From a virus (Duplodnaviria; Caudoviricetes): 64,000 nt of DNA. Position 1 is the first letter of the stretch. Every line of letters starts with the position of its first letter. The translations under genes were made by a program, and so were the position numbers. This document shows positions 19,712-30,500 of the stretch, in pieces. The notes beneath the pieces are model-generated. The model was not told the DNA's origin and made no database searches. It saw nothing but the letters and a program-made list of their open reading frames with translations. The DNA is taken from positions 19,211 to 83,210 of the IMG/VR virus record IMGVR_UViG_3300038299_000353; one strand, 5' to 3'.

Positions 19712-21357
19712 CTCCAACTAAAATAATTTACGATAGCTTTGACTTTGGTGATCAACCAACACCATTCTTGAGTAGTCAGGAGAATTTTTTAAAGTATGGG
19801 GAAAACTTTGGGAGTGAGGAATCGTACTCTCTAAATGGTCAGCTTACTGGAAGGGACTTCAATGATCTTAGGTCAGAACAATTGAAGCTGATTAGCGGAT
19901 TTTCAAAAGACTTTGGAACTTTTATAGTTAAGGATTTTAAGCCTTATGAAGCAGAGGTAATGGTAAGGAGTGGAGTAAAGATTGATTCTATCGACTTCGG
20001 GCAAAGCAAATATAATAAAATTATTGATTATAATATTAGTTTTACTGCTTACCCAGTAGATTATTTTGGTGATAATTATGGAGTTATAGATCCAGCGGAG
20101 AGTTGGTCGTTTGAAGAAAGTGATGATGGGATAGTTTCAATTTCTCACCTCATAAGTGCAAGGGGCATAGAAACTCCTCAAGCCGATTCATATGACAAAT
20201 CATCTTCATTACAGAATGCAATAGACTACGTCAAACAAAGGACTGGATCTACTCAAACTTTCATTTCTCCTCATTTTATATGCAAGGATTCGGACTACTC
20301 TTTAAATTTAAATTCTTTGCAAGAAAGTATAGATAGAGTTCAAGGAACTTATAGTGTAACTGAAAGTTACTCTTCTGATTTGTATGGAAACTCTGGTATA
20401 TTAAGATATTCGGCAGATATAGACTCATCTATTGACGCTCCAAATTCTATCTCAATAAAAGGTAGATTAGAGGGAAGCATAGGTGATCCAATATCTATAA
20501 TTAGGGATAGATTTTTAACTTATGATTGGTTCTCTACGGCTAGTGAATTTCTGATAAACCAATTTGGTTCAGCATCTATTGGACAAAAGCCACTGCAGAA
20601 GAATATTACTGAAGACCTATTTAATAACTCTATAAACTTCTCATACTCATTTGGTGATGATGAATCTATACAGGATCAGGTTAGAGTTGATACAGACATC
20701 TCGATCAATAGTGGAACCTCTTTAGTATCCGTTTCTGTAGGAGGATCTGTAACATCATCTGCCGATAAGTCTGTAAGGTCTGGACTTATACAAAGCGCTT
20801 TTGAGGAGATAGATATATTCGATATAGCTAATGGAGAGTTTAATGCTTTTTTCGGAGGAAATGCACCAAAGTCTTTAAGCAATAGAGTTACTGCTGACTC
20901 ATTTTCAAGGGACTCTGATACATACGCTATAAATTTCGATCAGTCATTTGATAATAAAGACGCTCCAGAGGAAGTTTTTTTTAAGGAAGTGAATACATCT
21001 CTATCGTTTACTCCGTCTAAGATTTCTATAGCGTCAAGCCCACTTCCAGGCAAGGGTGGAGAATATGATACAATTGACTTGGAGGTTAAAAACAGAGCAT
21101 ATTTAGACATATCCTTAGATGCTATACTTGAAACTGGAAGTTCTCAGTCTATGGATCAATTGGTATCCTCATTGAAAGATAAGTCGAATGATATACTTAG
21201 CGAATATGGGCAGCTTCAATCTTTAAATTTAGAAGGAGTATCGATTGGTACTGGGGACCCACTATCGATAACTCTAAATTCAAGATACTCTTTTGAAAGT
21301 AATAATAATCTTTTTACGGCTCCCAACTATTCAGTTGTAAATGATTTTAAGGTTTAA
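19708..21357 (+). CDS. Baseplate/distal-tail structural protein B, probable paralog of A
   Basis: Similar size and similar segments (ESWSFEESDDGIVSISH vs EDFNINRDGDQFSYTH; QESIDRVQG vs NESYDLVNN). Confidence 0.6.
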   Translation: MTPTKIIYDSFDFGDQPTPFLSSQENFLKYGENFGSEESYSLNGQLTGRDFNDLRSEQLKLISGFSKDFGTFIVKDFKPYEAEVMVRSGVKIDSIDFGQSKYNKIIDYNISFTAYPVDYFGDNYGVIDPAESWSFEESDDGIVSISHLISARGIETPQADSYDKSSSLQNAIDYVKQRTGSTQTFISPHFICKDSDYSLNLNSLQESIDRVQGTYSVTESYSSDLYGNSGILRYSADIDSSIDAPNSISIKGRLEGSIGDPISIIRDRFLTYDWFSTASEFLINQFGSASIGQKPLQKNITEDLFNNSINFSYSFGDDESIQDQVRVDTDISINSGTSLVSVSVGGSVTSSADKSVRSGLIQSAFEEIDIFDIANGEFNAFFGGNAPKSLSNRVTADSFSRDSDTYAINFDQSFDNKDAPEEVFFKEVNTSLSFTPSKISIASSPLPGKGGEYDTIDLEVKNRAYLDISLDAILETGSSQSMDQLVSSLKDKSNDILSEYGQLQSLNLEGVSIGTGDPLSITLNSRYSFESNNNLFTAPNYSVVNDFKV

Positions 21358-21361
21358 CTAT

Positions 21362-21389
21362 TTCACATACTAGTTAAATGTCTGTATAT
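21362..21389 (+). promoter_or_regulatory. Putative late promoter TTCACA-N15-TGTATAT
   Basis: Exact motif copy; TGTA begins 17 nt before ATG 21400. Confidence 0.7.
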
Positions 21390-21399
21390 AGATATAGGC

Positions 21400-21624
21400 A
21401 TGGAAGAAAAGGATTTTTATTATTTTGAGTTTTTGGGCGAAAGGTGTATCAAGCATTTGTTCAAGGACTTCCTTTATCAATTAGAGGATATACAGGAAAA
21501 GTACTCTATAGAGGACGACGATTTCGAAAAAATAAGAAATCGAGTTTTAGATAAGGGTAATGATACTATTCGTTTCTTTAGGGATCAGGGAGAGAATTAT
21601 ACGAAATTAAACTCAGGAGAATAA
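21400..21624 (+). CDS. Small helical hypothetical protein
   Basis: ORF after a promoter motif; abuts the next ORF in frame. Confidence 0.7.
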   Translation: MEEKDFYYFEFLGERCIKHLFKDFLYQLEDIQEKYSIEDDDFEKIRNRVLDKGNDTIRFFRDQGENYTKLNSGE

Positions 21625-22365
21625 ATGAAAAAATTATTTAGTTTTAAGGAAAAGAATAAGGATAAGGATTACGAGTTCACGCTCAAGCAACCTAATAGAA
21701 CCGAGAGAGAGGAAATGGAGATTTACTACGCAGCCATGCTCTCAAAGTTAATGAACATGGGAGTTCAGACGAAAGCTTCCGTAGATAAGTATTATGCTGA
21801 TAATAGCGATACCGCTCTACCAAAGAAAGATCAGACTTATTATTTCAACCTGCAAAAGGAATTGGCAGAAAGTCAAGAAAAGCTGATTAGAGAAAAATCA
21901 AACTCTGAAAAGAAGTTTGAGCTTTACGCTAAAATTGTGCAGATACAAGAAGATATGCGTAAATTCACATCTTATTATTCTGCAATATATGATAATACGG
22001 CAGAGATTAAAGCCAGAGATAAGACTGTTGACTTCTGTATGTTAAATTACTCTTGTTTGGATGGAGATCCAATTTTTGATGTCGATGAAGAAGATTTTCA
22101 AAAAAGAGCTATATTACAATATGAGAAAGTTGACGATCTAAGGGCTGGAGATGAATCGGAATTTTGGAGTTCAGTTATCGATAGGTTTGTATTTTTGTTT
22201 ACAATATGGTATCTAGATCTCGCTCAGACGGAGGAGGAGTTTCAATCCTATTATGACTCCTACTTTAAAGAAGAGCAAGAGCCTTTGGAGGAAGCTAAAG
22301 AGGAACCTGCAGAAGAAGCTCAAGAGGAACCTTTAGAAGAAGTTTCGAAAAAAAAGGAGGGCTAA
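21625..22365 (+). CDS. Putative tail assembly chaperone
   Basis: Acidic and helical; N-terminal FTLKQPNRTE resembles chaperone starts. Inference only. Confidence 0.45.
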   Translation: MKKLFSFKEKNKDKDYEFTLKQPNRTEREEMEIYYAAMLSKLMNMGVQTKASVDKYYADNSDTALPKKDQTYYFNLQKELAESQEKLIREKSNSEKKFELYAKIVQIQEDMRKFTSYYSAIYDNTAEIKARDKTVDFCMLNYSCLDGDPIFDVDEEDFQKRAILQYEKVDDLRAGDESEFWSSVIDRFVFLFTIWYLDLAQTEEEFQSYYDSYFKEEQEPLEEAKEEPAEEAQEEPLEEVSKKKEG

Positions 22366-23268
22366 TTGAAAGAAGAGTCGAAGCTTCGTTCAGCTCTTTC
22401 TGACATATTAAAAGGCTTCTCTTATTATAAAGATGAAAATTTTTATATTAAGCATTTGACTCTAGACGACTATGTAGATTTTGAATGTGAGTATGATTCT
22501 TTCTACGAAAATCTCAGGAAAAAGAAGCTACTAAATAATGAAGAGCTTTTAGCTCAAGCAAAGTCCAAGGATTTGTGGTCTAAGCAAGAGGATTATGAAA
22601 TTGAAGATTTAGAGCAACTAATAGATCATACTAGGCAAAGCTCTCAGAAGCTTCTTCTTCACTCTCAGAAGAAGATTCAACTAGATTATATTGACGAACT
22701 TGAGCAAAAATTGTTTATTTTAATTAATAAAAAAAATTCTTTTCTAACCCATTCTTGTGAAAGTATCGCCGACAGGAGATTGAATGAATATTATTTATTA
22801 AATAGTCTTTTTAAAGATAAACAATTTGAAGAACCTTTGCTTGGCGAAGACGAGAAGCAGGACCCGTCTTTAGATGTGCAAAAATACTTTAGAATACAGT
22901 CGGAATGTCTTAAAAATATTTCTACGGAAAGTATAAAAATGGTATCTACTAAAGAGTTTTTTACTTCTAGTTGGAGAATATGTAATAATGCTTTTGAGTA
23001 TTTCGGAAAACCGATTTGCAAGCTATCCTTCCATCAAACTAATTTAGCTAATTACGCGAAAACATTTACAACAATCTTTGAGAGGTATCCAAATATAAAA
23101 AGCGAAGATCCTGACGAAATTATTAGATTAGCAAATTCCAGGTCCAAGCTAGAAGAAGTGTCTGGCGGAAAAGATGTAGATGTGGTTGGCATGACGCATG
23201 AAGAAGCCGACAAGATGGGTATAAAGATTAAAGACAGATCTAGGCAATTTTCGCAGGATGCAGAATAA
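22366..23268 (+). CDS. Putative second tail assembly chaperone (TTG start)
   Basis: AAGGAGG 5 nt upstream; FYIKHLTLDD parallels the previous ORF's N-terminus; charged and helical. Confidence 0.45.
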   Translation: MKEESKLRSALSDILKGFSYYKDENFYIKHLTLDDYVDFECEYDSFYENLRKKKLLNNEELLAQAKSKDLWSKQEDYEIEDLEQLIDHTRQSSQKLLLHSQKKIQLDYIDELEQKLFILINKKNSFLTHSCESIADRRLNEYYLLNSLFKDKQFEEPLLGEDEKQDPSLDVQKYFRIQSECLKNISTESIKMVSTKEFFTSSWRICNNAFEYFGKPICKLSFHQTNLANYAKTFTTIFERYPNIKSEDPDEIIRLANSRSKLEEVSGGKDVDVVGMTHEEADKMGIKIKDRSRQFSQDAE

Positions 23269-23286
23269 AAGGTGTAATATAAACAT

Positions 23287-25383
23287 ATGGGCTTAAGGGG
23301 CATAAACTACATTTATTCTGGAATATTAAAACTAGATACAGGCAACATGCCAGTATACTATGACTTTAATAATTTTAGTGATGAATTTTATACTCAGCTA
23401 GTCACACAGTCAGGAAGCCCCTTAATTACGCAAGATTCTTCTTTTATAGTATTAGAGGACGTCGATGTTTCAGGATACAATTCTGTAAACTTTGCTTCTT
23501 TTTTTATTGGGCAAGATATAAATATTTTAAGCTCAAACTCTGCTTCTATAATAGGAAACGTTGATAGCTTTACTGGAAATGGAAATTCTGGAAATTTTAA
23601 TTACGGATATTTAGAAATAAATAATCAACAAGATTTATTCTCTAGAGACTTTACCGTACTCTTGTCTCAGGATAAGCGTTATACTGGAGATGGAGTTTTA
23701 TTTTCTTGTTTTGACGACAACGTTATAAAAAGTGGATATTCTTTTGGGATAAATTCTGCAAATAAAATGTATTTTGAATATTTTGATAATCAAAATCAAA
23801 GATACGATATACAAACTAGCTTGTTGCAGCTATCAGATAAAAACTTAATAGGACTAAGAAAGTTCGATGACTCAATTTACTTTTTAGCTTATAATAATAG
23901 TACGAAATCTTTTGAGAGTGAAATCAAAAGTGTTATATCTGACGAGATTCTTCCTTGTAACAAATTTTTAATTGGTAGTGGGCAAAATCAAAAAAGCTAT
24001 TCTGGCTTTATGGACGATTTTGTATACTTAAATCAAAACATTTCAACTGTAGATGCAAACATACTTGCTTCTGGCTTTTGGTCGGACACTAAGAGTGGGA
24101 TTCCTTTCTTGATAGAGTCTGGAATTACTGGAGGAGTTAGTGGCTATGAATATAATTTAACTGGAGTAACTGGCATACTTTCTACAAGCAGTATTTTGAC
24201 TGGCACTGGATATACTACTGGTTACTCTGACATTTATCAATATGTTATTGAAACGGGAGTTATAGCATCTGGAGAAGAAAAGATAGAGTTCTTACAAAAC
24301 TTACCGCAGTATTGCGTAGGAAACGAAGAAGTTCCAATATATAGAAAGGTTGTTACATTAGATTCAACTGGCGTAATTGGGTTGATTCGTCAATTCTCTG
24401 GAACCGATGAAGTTATCAATGGAACGGATATATATCAAAACGTTAACATCACTGGGTTCTTGTCTAGTGGGTTAAGAGCTACTACTATTTTCAATACTGG
24501 AAACAATGACATTTCTGGACTTAAGAATGTTATGAGTGGCGACAGAAGAAGGCTTTCTGAGTATGGAATGAGCGAAATTACTTATCTTGGCGAGTATTTT
24601 GATCAATCGTTTGGTCAAGAACAGACTGGCATAAATAGCTTCAACTCTTTAGCTTTATATGAAAAAGAAGACGATTATTCTAATGAATTTAGAAATTTTA
24701 ATTTCTTAAATAAGACATCTCTTGCAAGCTTAGATGGGACTGGATTTTCAATTAATCAAGAGTATGATGGGTCCGAATTTAGAGTCTCTTCTAATGGTCT
24801 TTTGAGATTTTCAAACTCTACCATAACATCAGCTGGTCTAGAAAATTTTTATAAATCTGGTTCAATAGAACTAGGTAAGGTAATATTAAGCGGTAATAAT
24901 ACTGGCTCAAAAGTATTTTACGATGCTAATGACTTTGCAGTAAAAAGTGTCTTTAGTGGTAGCAATAATATAAGCGTACACGATAACTTGTTTTTCAAAA
25001 AAGGGTATAAGCTAGCGTCTGGATTGGATTATACTGGAGACGCAATTAACAACTCGTTCACCGCAATAAAAGCATCTGACTCAACTAAAGAAATTTTAGC
25101 TATTGGCTTTAGAGTTCAGAGTGGTCAACACCAGTCTAATGTTATACCATCTTCGGGGAAATTCTTTAGAGACTCCTCTACCAATTATTTTGGTAGGCTG
25201 AGACTGCGCCGTGATCTATATTTAGAGACTAGTGAATCTTCAGACCTAACATCTAATAAAAAGCAGCTTATTCCAAGCGGAGTAAAGTCTCTATTTGTTA
25301 ATAGAAATTATCAGAGCGAGCTATCAACTGGATCAGTATATAGATCTTATCTAACTGGAGCCAGTGGATTTTTCGATCTTTAG
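23287..25383 (+). CDS. Tail appendage protein with LamG/ConA-like domain and S/T-G-rich region
   Basis: FLIGSG...YSGFMDDFVYLNQNIS is a LamG-type C-terminal motif; dense xTG/xSG; TGTAATA at 23273 with TTCGCA at 23250. Confidence 0.65.
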   Translation: MGLRGINYIYSGILKLDTGNMPVYYDFNNFSDEFYTQLVTQSGSPLITQDSSFIVLEDVDVSGYNSVNFASFFIGQDINILSSNSASIIGNVDSFTGNGNSGNFNYGYLEINNQQDLFSRDFTVLLSQDKRYTGDGVLFSCFDDNVIKSGYSFGINSANKMYFEYFDNQNQRYDIQTSLLQLSDKNLIGLRKFDDSIYFLAYNNSTKSFESEIKSVISDEILPCNKFLIGSGQNQKSYSGFMDDFVYLNQNISTVDANILASGFWSDTKSGIPFLIESGITGGVSGYEYNLTGVTGILSTSSILTGTGYTTGYSDIYQYVIETGVIASGEEKIEFLQNLPQYCVGNEEVPIYRKVVTLDSTGVIGLIRQFSGTDEVINGTDIYQNVNITGFLSSGLRATTIFNTGNNDISGLKNVMSGDRRRLSEYGMSEITYLGEYFDQSFGQEQTGINSFNSLALYEKEDDYSNEFRNFNFLNKTSLASLDGTGFSINQEYDGSEFRVSSNGLLRFSNSTITSAGLENFYKSGSIELGKVILSGNNTGSKVFYDANDFAVKSVFSGSNNISVHDNLFFKKGYKLASGLDYTGDAINNSFTAIKASDSTKEILAIGFRVQSGQHQSNVIPSSGKFFRDSSTNYFGRLRLRRDLYLETSESSDLTSNKKQLIPSGVKSLFVNRNYQSELSTGSVYRSYLTGASGFFDL

Positions 25384-25432
25384 TTTGATTAAGTTTAAAA
25401 TGGATTACAATTAAGTGTAATAAGATAAAGGA

Positions 25433-27559
25433 ATGGCGATAAGAAAAACAGACAAGGTTACTTTGAATGGGAGTACTTCAGCGTACGGTGGACTAATAAT
25501 TAGTGCATCTTATTCTATTGGCTTTGGGACGCAAGTCACGCAGTTAACATTAACTGTTTCGAGCGATGATGGCACTTATACTATAAGCGAAGATAGTTTG
25601 AATGTTTTTGATAGTGATAAGATAAGTCTAGGATCAAGAGAACTCAATATGGTTGCGATAGAGTACTCCATAGATAATAGTCTTAGTGGAAGAATTTTGA
25701 CCGTCACTTATAACGACAAGTCAATTCTACTTTTAGATAAAAAATTCGTTGCTTTATTGGGGAGAAATTTTGACGAAACGGCAACGGACGAGTCTTTAAT
25801 ACTAGTTGGCCAAGGATACTTTGCAGTAGAAGAATCGCAAGGCGAAGGAGATACACAATCGATTCCAGTAACTAGATCAACCTCCTCTCAGGATGCCAGG
25901 CAGCTCCCAGATTATTTATATAACCTTAAGGAGCTATTGGAAAAAATTCCAGGGAAAATTGCAAATATAAATACAGCTTTAGTCAGACATGATGATGACA
26001 TATTGAAGGACACTACTGGTACTTTAAGAAGCGTATTAAGTTCTTGGGGTTCCCTATATGGATTTACATTTTTTTTTAATGAGTCTGGTAAGATACAGTT
26101 TATAGATCTTACTGAAAGTATTTCTCCAGTTTTCCCTAACGGAGTTAACTTCATATCTGAAAAAAGCTCATTCTCATTGAGAGATACGATATCAAAAGGT
26201 CACTCCGTTTATTTCGGCAAGGCTGGTAAAGATATAAATGCTGGTGGCGGAAATCAAACAACTATTGGTGGAGGAGGCGGAACTACGTATGGGGAATTTG
26301 AAGAGACATCAGATACACAGATAACACTTTATAGGCCTACTGACAGGCCAGATCAGTATTGGGATAATCCAGGATTTGCTATAAATCTAGGCAAAGCTGC
26401 TGCGATAGGAGAGACTTTTTTTGCTTTCGCTGCTTTGTATTTGTGCAAGGAGTATACATCGGAATATTCAAGTGTATTTGGATATAGTGACGTCAATGTT
26501 TTGAGCGCTAACCAAAAAAAGGCTTTTGATCCAAAGGATGATTTATATCAGGATTATAACATAATCTCATATATTGAGTCAGATAGTTCCGATACGGTCA
26601 CAGTGGAAACTGTAAAGCAAAAATTTGCGCAATTCATGACCTACGAGAATAATCTAGCTAAAGCCCAATATCTTAGATACAATTGGGCTATTGGTGCGGA
26701 TTTAAAGTATGACATAGAGGATACGACTGAATATGTCAATGAGGATCGGAGTAGCAACGCTGAAGGTAATCATAGAATATATGCAACCGTTCCGTGGGAT
26801 TTGGCTTTCGACGTTTATGATAGTGTTAGCTCATTAAATTTAAATAAGTCTGTAATATTTTTAGAAGTAAGTAGTGCCGCTAGATACAGGGCTAGAAATA
26901 ACGGATATAATCCAAATTTGAAGTTTGCAGCAGTTCTTAAGAATATCAACTTCTCTAATATATTCTCAAGAATAAACTTTAAATACGAGAACAAACAGAC
27001 TCTGAGAGTGGAGGGTCAAAGAATCGATAAAAATGGCAACGTTGGTGGTGGGGGAGGAAACAACGAGAATTTTACATCTGCTGTAGAGGCACTAGCTTTT
27101 ACTCAGCCAAGTTATAGTTCTAATACAATTAGGACTGACGTCGATTTGGACACATCACCAAATCAAGTAGCGGGCTTATCAGACATACTTCGAGTAGAGG
27201 GCGACAATGTAAGGCTTGGTGATACTCCTAGAATAGGCGGATCATTAAATAATTATCCAAACTTGGGATATACTATAACGCAGAAAAAGATCGAAAAAAC
27301 TTTTACAATTAACAATATAGATGTACCAGGTTATACCTCTTCTATAGAAAAGGGACTACAAAGCGTAGATATAAGTATTAGTAGCAACGGCGTAAAAACT
27401 ACTTATACGATTGGCAATAGAAACTTTACTTTACCTAGTAAAGAATTACTAACTCAGCCAAGGGGTGCAGTTCTTGTCGGCAATCCAAATTCATCACCTC
27501 CAAAGAAGAATGTGTATTCAATAAAAAGTTCTTTAAATACCCCAAATAAATTCATCTAA
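25433..27559 (+). CDS. Baseplate hub/Tal-like protein
   Basis: GTLRSVLSSWGSLYGFTFF...IQFIDL and C-terminal LQSVDISISSNGVKTTYTIG resemble gp27/gpD-like hubs; TGTAATA at 25416. Confidence 0.55.
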   Translation: MAIRKTDKVTLNGSTSAYGGLIISASYSIGFGTQVTQLTLTVSSDDGTYTISEDSLNVFDSDKISLGSRELNMVAIEYSIDNSLSGRILTVTYNDKSILLLDKKFVALLGRNFDETATDESLILVGQGYFAVEESQGEGDTQSIPVTRSTSSQDARQLPDYLYNLKELLEKIPGKIANINTALVRHDDDILKDTTGTLRSVLSSWGSLYGFTFFFNESGKIQFIDLTESISPVFPNGVNFISEKSSFSLRDTISKGHSVYFGKAGKDINAGGGNQTTIGGGGGTTYGEFEETSDTQITLYRPTDRPDQYWDNPGFAINLGKAAAIGETFFAFAALYLCKEYTSEYSSVFGYSDVNVLSANQKKAFDPKDDLYQDYNIISYIESDSSDTVTVETVKQKFAQFMTYENNLAKAQYLRYNWAIGADLKYDIEDTTEYVNEDRSSNAEGNHRIYATVPWDLAFDVYDSVSSLNLNKSVIFLEVSSAARYRARNNGYNPNLKFAAVLKNINFSNIFSRINFKYENKQTLRVEGQRIDKNGNVGGGGGNNENFTSAVEALAFTQPSYSSNTIRTDVDLDTSPNQVAGLSDILRVEGDNVRLGDTPRIGGSLNNYPNLGYTITQKKIEKTFTINNIDVPGYTSSIEKGLQSVDISISSNGVKTTYTIGNRNFTLPSKELLTQPRGAVLVGNPNSSPPKKNVYSIKSSLNTPNKFI

Positions 27560-27571
27560 AAATAAAAAGAT

Positions 27572-30500
27572 ATGTCATTCTCAATTGGAACCCAGTCAGG
27601 AAACTTTTCTTATCAAGCCTTTGTACGGCCTCAAAGGGACGATCATATTTCATTTGGGTTTTCATTTATAAATACTGGAGATGGCTCTATTGAAGATAGG
27701 ATTGTTTTTAGTGGCGAAAGCGGAAAGCTTTATGATTCTGATAATAACTTTTTCTACTCTTACAAGAATCAAGATACTTTCTCCGTTTCTGGGAATAAAA
27801 TTGGGAATTATAATAATTATTTCGTTAATAATGTACTTATAAATTCTTACCATGAAAATGGCACTGGCTACATAAATAACTTTACTGAAAATGGAGTAGT
27901 TTCGGAACTTAGTTTAATGGGAGTAGAGCCAGTAATTAGTATTAGTGGAATATTCGAAAATAGTAATTTAACTGGAAGTTTAAAGGTTAGCAATAATTCT
28001 AGTGAGGGAATATCATTTAATATATTTTCTGGAAGATTTGAAGAATTATCTAACTTTTTCAATTTCAATACTGGACAAAATACTGGAATAATAGAGGGTC
28101 AATCTAGTAGAGACTTTTTAATTAATCAAATTTCAAATGTTACTACTGGAACTGGAGTACTGATACCAATATCTTTTGTTTCAGACTTTGGAACTTTTAC
28201 AAAAAGCGGCTTAATTAGTTTTACGAGGGAATACGAATACTTATTGAGTTTATTGGGACCAGACTTTTTGGATTCTACTGGAATATTTAATTATAATGTT
28301 TTATTTTCTGAAAGATACGGTCCAAATCTTACAGATGATCCATTCGGACTTCATTTTACATTTGGTAATATTAGTGGCTATAGTGGTTATGCTGACTATG
28401 ATATTAAAACTGGTAAAATAGCTGGGTCAATTCCAGGATTTGATATTTCTAGAAATATAATAGGCACTGGTAATTTAACTGGAATGATTGAGTCCAGCTT
28501 GGGCGGCGGGTATTTAACACTCTCTGGCTATAGCACTGGTCTTGAAATTAATTATACTGGCAATATACCATCTCAGATTTATACTGGAGAAACAGTATTT
28601 GCTACTGGAGAAATGTCGTATCCCTTTTTAACGTCCTCTAGTGGGATTGTAACTGGATTAGATATTGGATTCATAAGGAATGTTAGTGGAGGATATAACT
28701 TCACTGAAACTGGCGCTATTGCATTCACTGGTCAACAATCTCTATTTCCAAGTTTTACGACTGGAATCATACTTAGTGGAAATAATACTGACGGAGATCC
28801 GATAGTAACATCGAAAAATGACTCTCTTTGCTTTTCCTTCGACATTCAGTCGTTTACCGCTACATCAAATCAAACAAGAAATAAGGAATATGCCAGTAGA
28901 TTTAGCGGATTTGCAACTGGCGCATTTGATGGGATTGCGTATTACCCAGGAGATCAGGCTGGCTTAGATATAACCACTACTATTAGTGGATTTAAGGTTT
29001 CTGGAACTCCAGGGGCATTCATAGCGACTGGAACTGGGGTTTTTGACCTCATTGGAACCTTTCCGATGGACACTAAAGATTCCCAAGGAAATTTTGTTAA
29101 TAATGGCTGGACGATAGATCTATCTGACCGAATTTTAACTGGACTAGCAACTGGCTTATTACCAGAAGATCCAAATCTTACTGGATTGGTCGCACTTGGT
29201 ACTGGAGTAACTGGCGCTGGATCTAATCAAACTTCTAATGTTTATTATTCTAATATATTTAGCGGGTTTTCGAGTGGACTTTTTGATGGACAAATGAGAA
29301 TTCCTGCTGACCAAATTGGTTTAATTGGAACAAATATTATTAGCGGATTTAAGTTTTCTGGAACTCCAGGGGCATTCATAGCGACTGGAACTGGGGCTTT
29401 TGATATTACTGGAATCAATAGAATTGATATGAAGTATCCAATACCCGATTACAGTTTGTATGTTAGTACAGAGCTTACTGGACTTGCAACTGGAATTTTG
29501 ACGGAAGATCCAAATTTAACTGGAGCTATATTTAGTGGAATTGGAATAACTGGAATCGAATCTGTATTTACTACTGGAGTTTTGACGGGTAGCGGAATAA
29601 TTACTGGGCAAGCTTCTACATTAGCAAGTGGATTTACTGGAATAGATTTTACTTATAATTACATTGCAAAAGGTAATCTTGTGAGTGGAATGACTAATGA
29701 AATTACTAATGAAGTTACGGGCAAAAGATATGTTGCTACTGATTTGCCAATGCTAGGAAATTATGATTATTTGTTCCGATCTATTCGATTAGGCTTAGCT
29801 TTCAGCGAGAACTTTACTGTTCAAGCACAAGACATTTCTTCTGGATATGTTGATTTTACTGGTCAGTTTCAGTATTCAGGAACTGGCGCATATGTGCATC
29901 CTCAAGAAATTACTGGTATAGGATATACTGGACTTGGCCTCATAGGCTCAATTTCTGAACCAGTAAAAGATATAATTTTCAATGGGGAAAGTGGGGTAAC
30001 TGGTCGATCTCTAACAAACACTGGAGCGCTTATTGACGATAGCATTTCTTTGAATGGAAATTCCTACGGAATCCCCGTTTCCAGCGTTTATACAAGATAT
30101 AATCCCTTTGTTTTTAGTGGGAACAGTGGAATACTTCTATATTCTGATCACACCAACGAAAAAGCCCCTATATTAACATTTTCTGATAACGATGCAAGCA
30201 GGGGTTCATATATTCATAACCCAGTATGGCTCAATAGAAGATTGCTGAGTGGTACTTTCAATCTTGATCCGTCACCCATGAGAGTTGGCATAAGTCCCAA
30301 GTACTTTTTATCTGGAACTGGAGTTTACAAAAGCCAAAAAAGTAGAAGCTACAGAATTACTATTTATACTGGGAATAACTTTGTGGATATGGTCTATAAA
30401 GAAAGTGAAGTCTTAAGCCTTAATTCAAGTACTAATTTCAATCAGTATTTTAGATCTGAGTTTATATCCGAATACGATCCTTTTAATGTCTACTTTCTAA

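Noticed and set aside
22348-22403. Classic -1 frameshift fusing the two chaperone-like ORFs
   Set aside because: The -1 frame stops at 22401-22403 and the downstream ORF is in frame 0.
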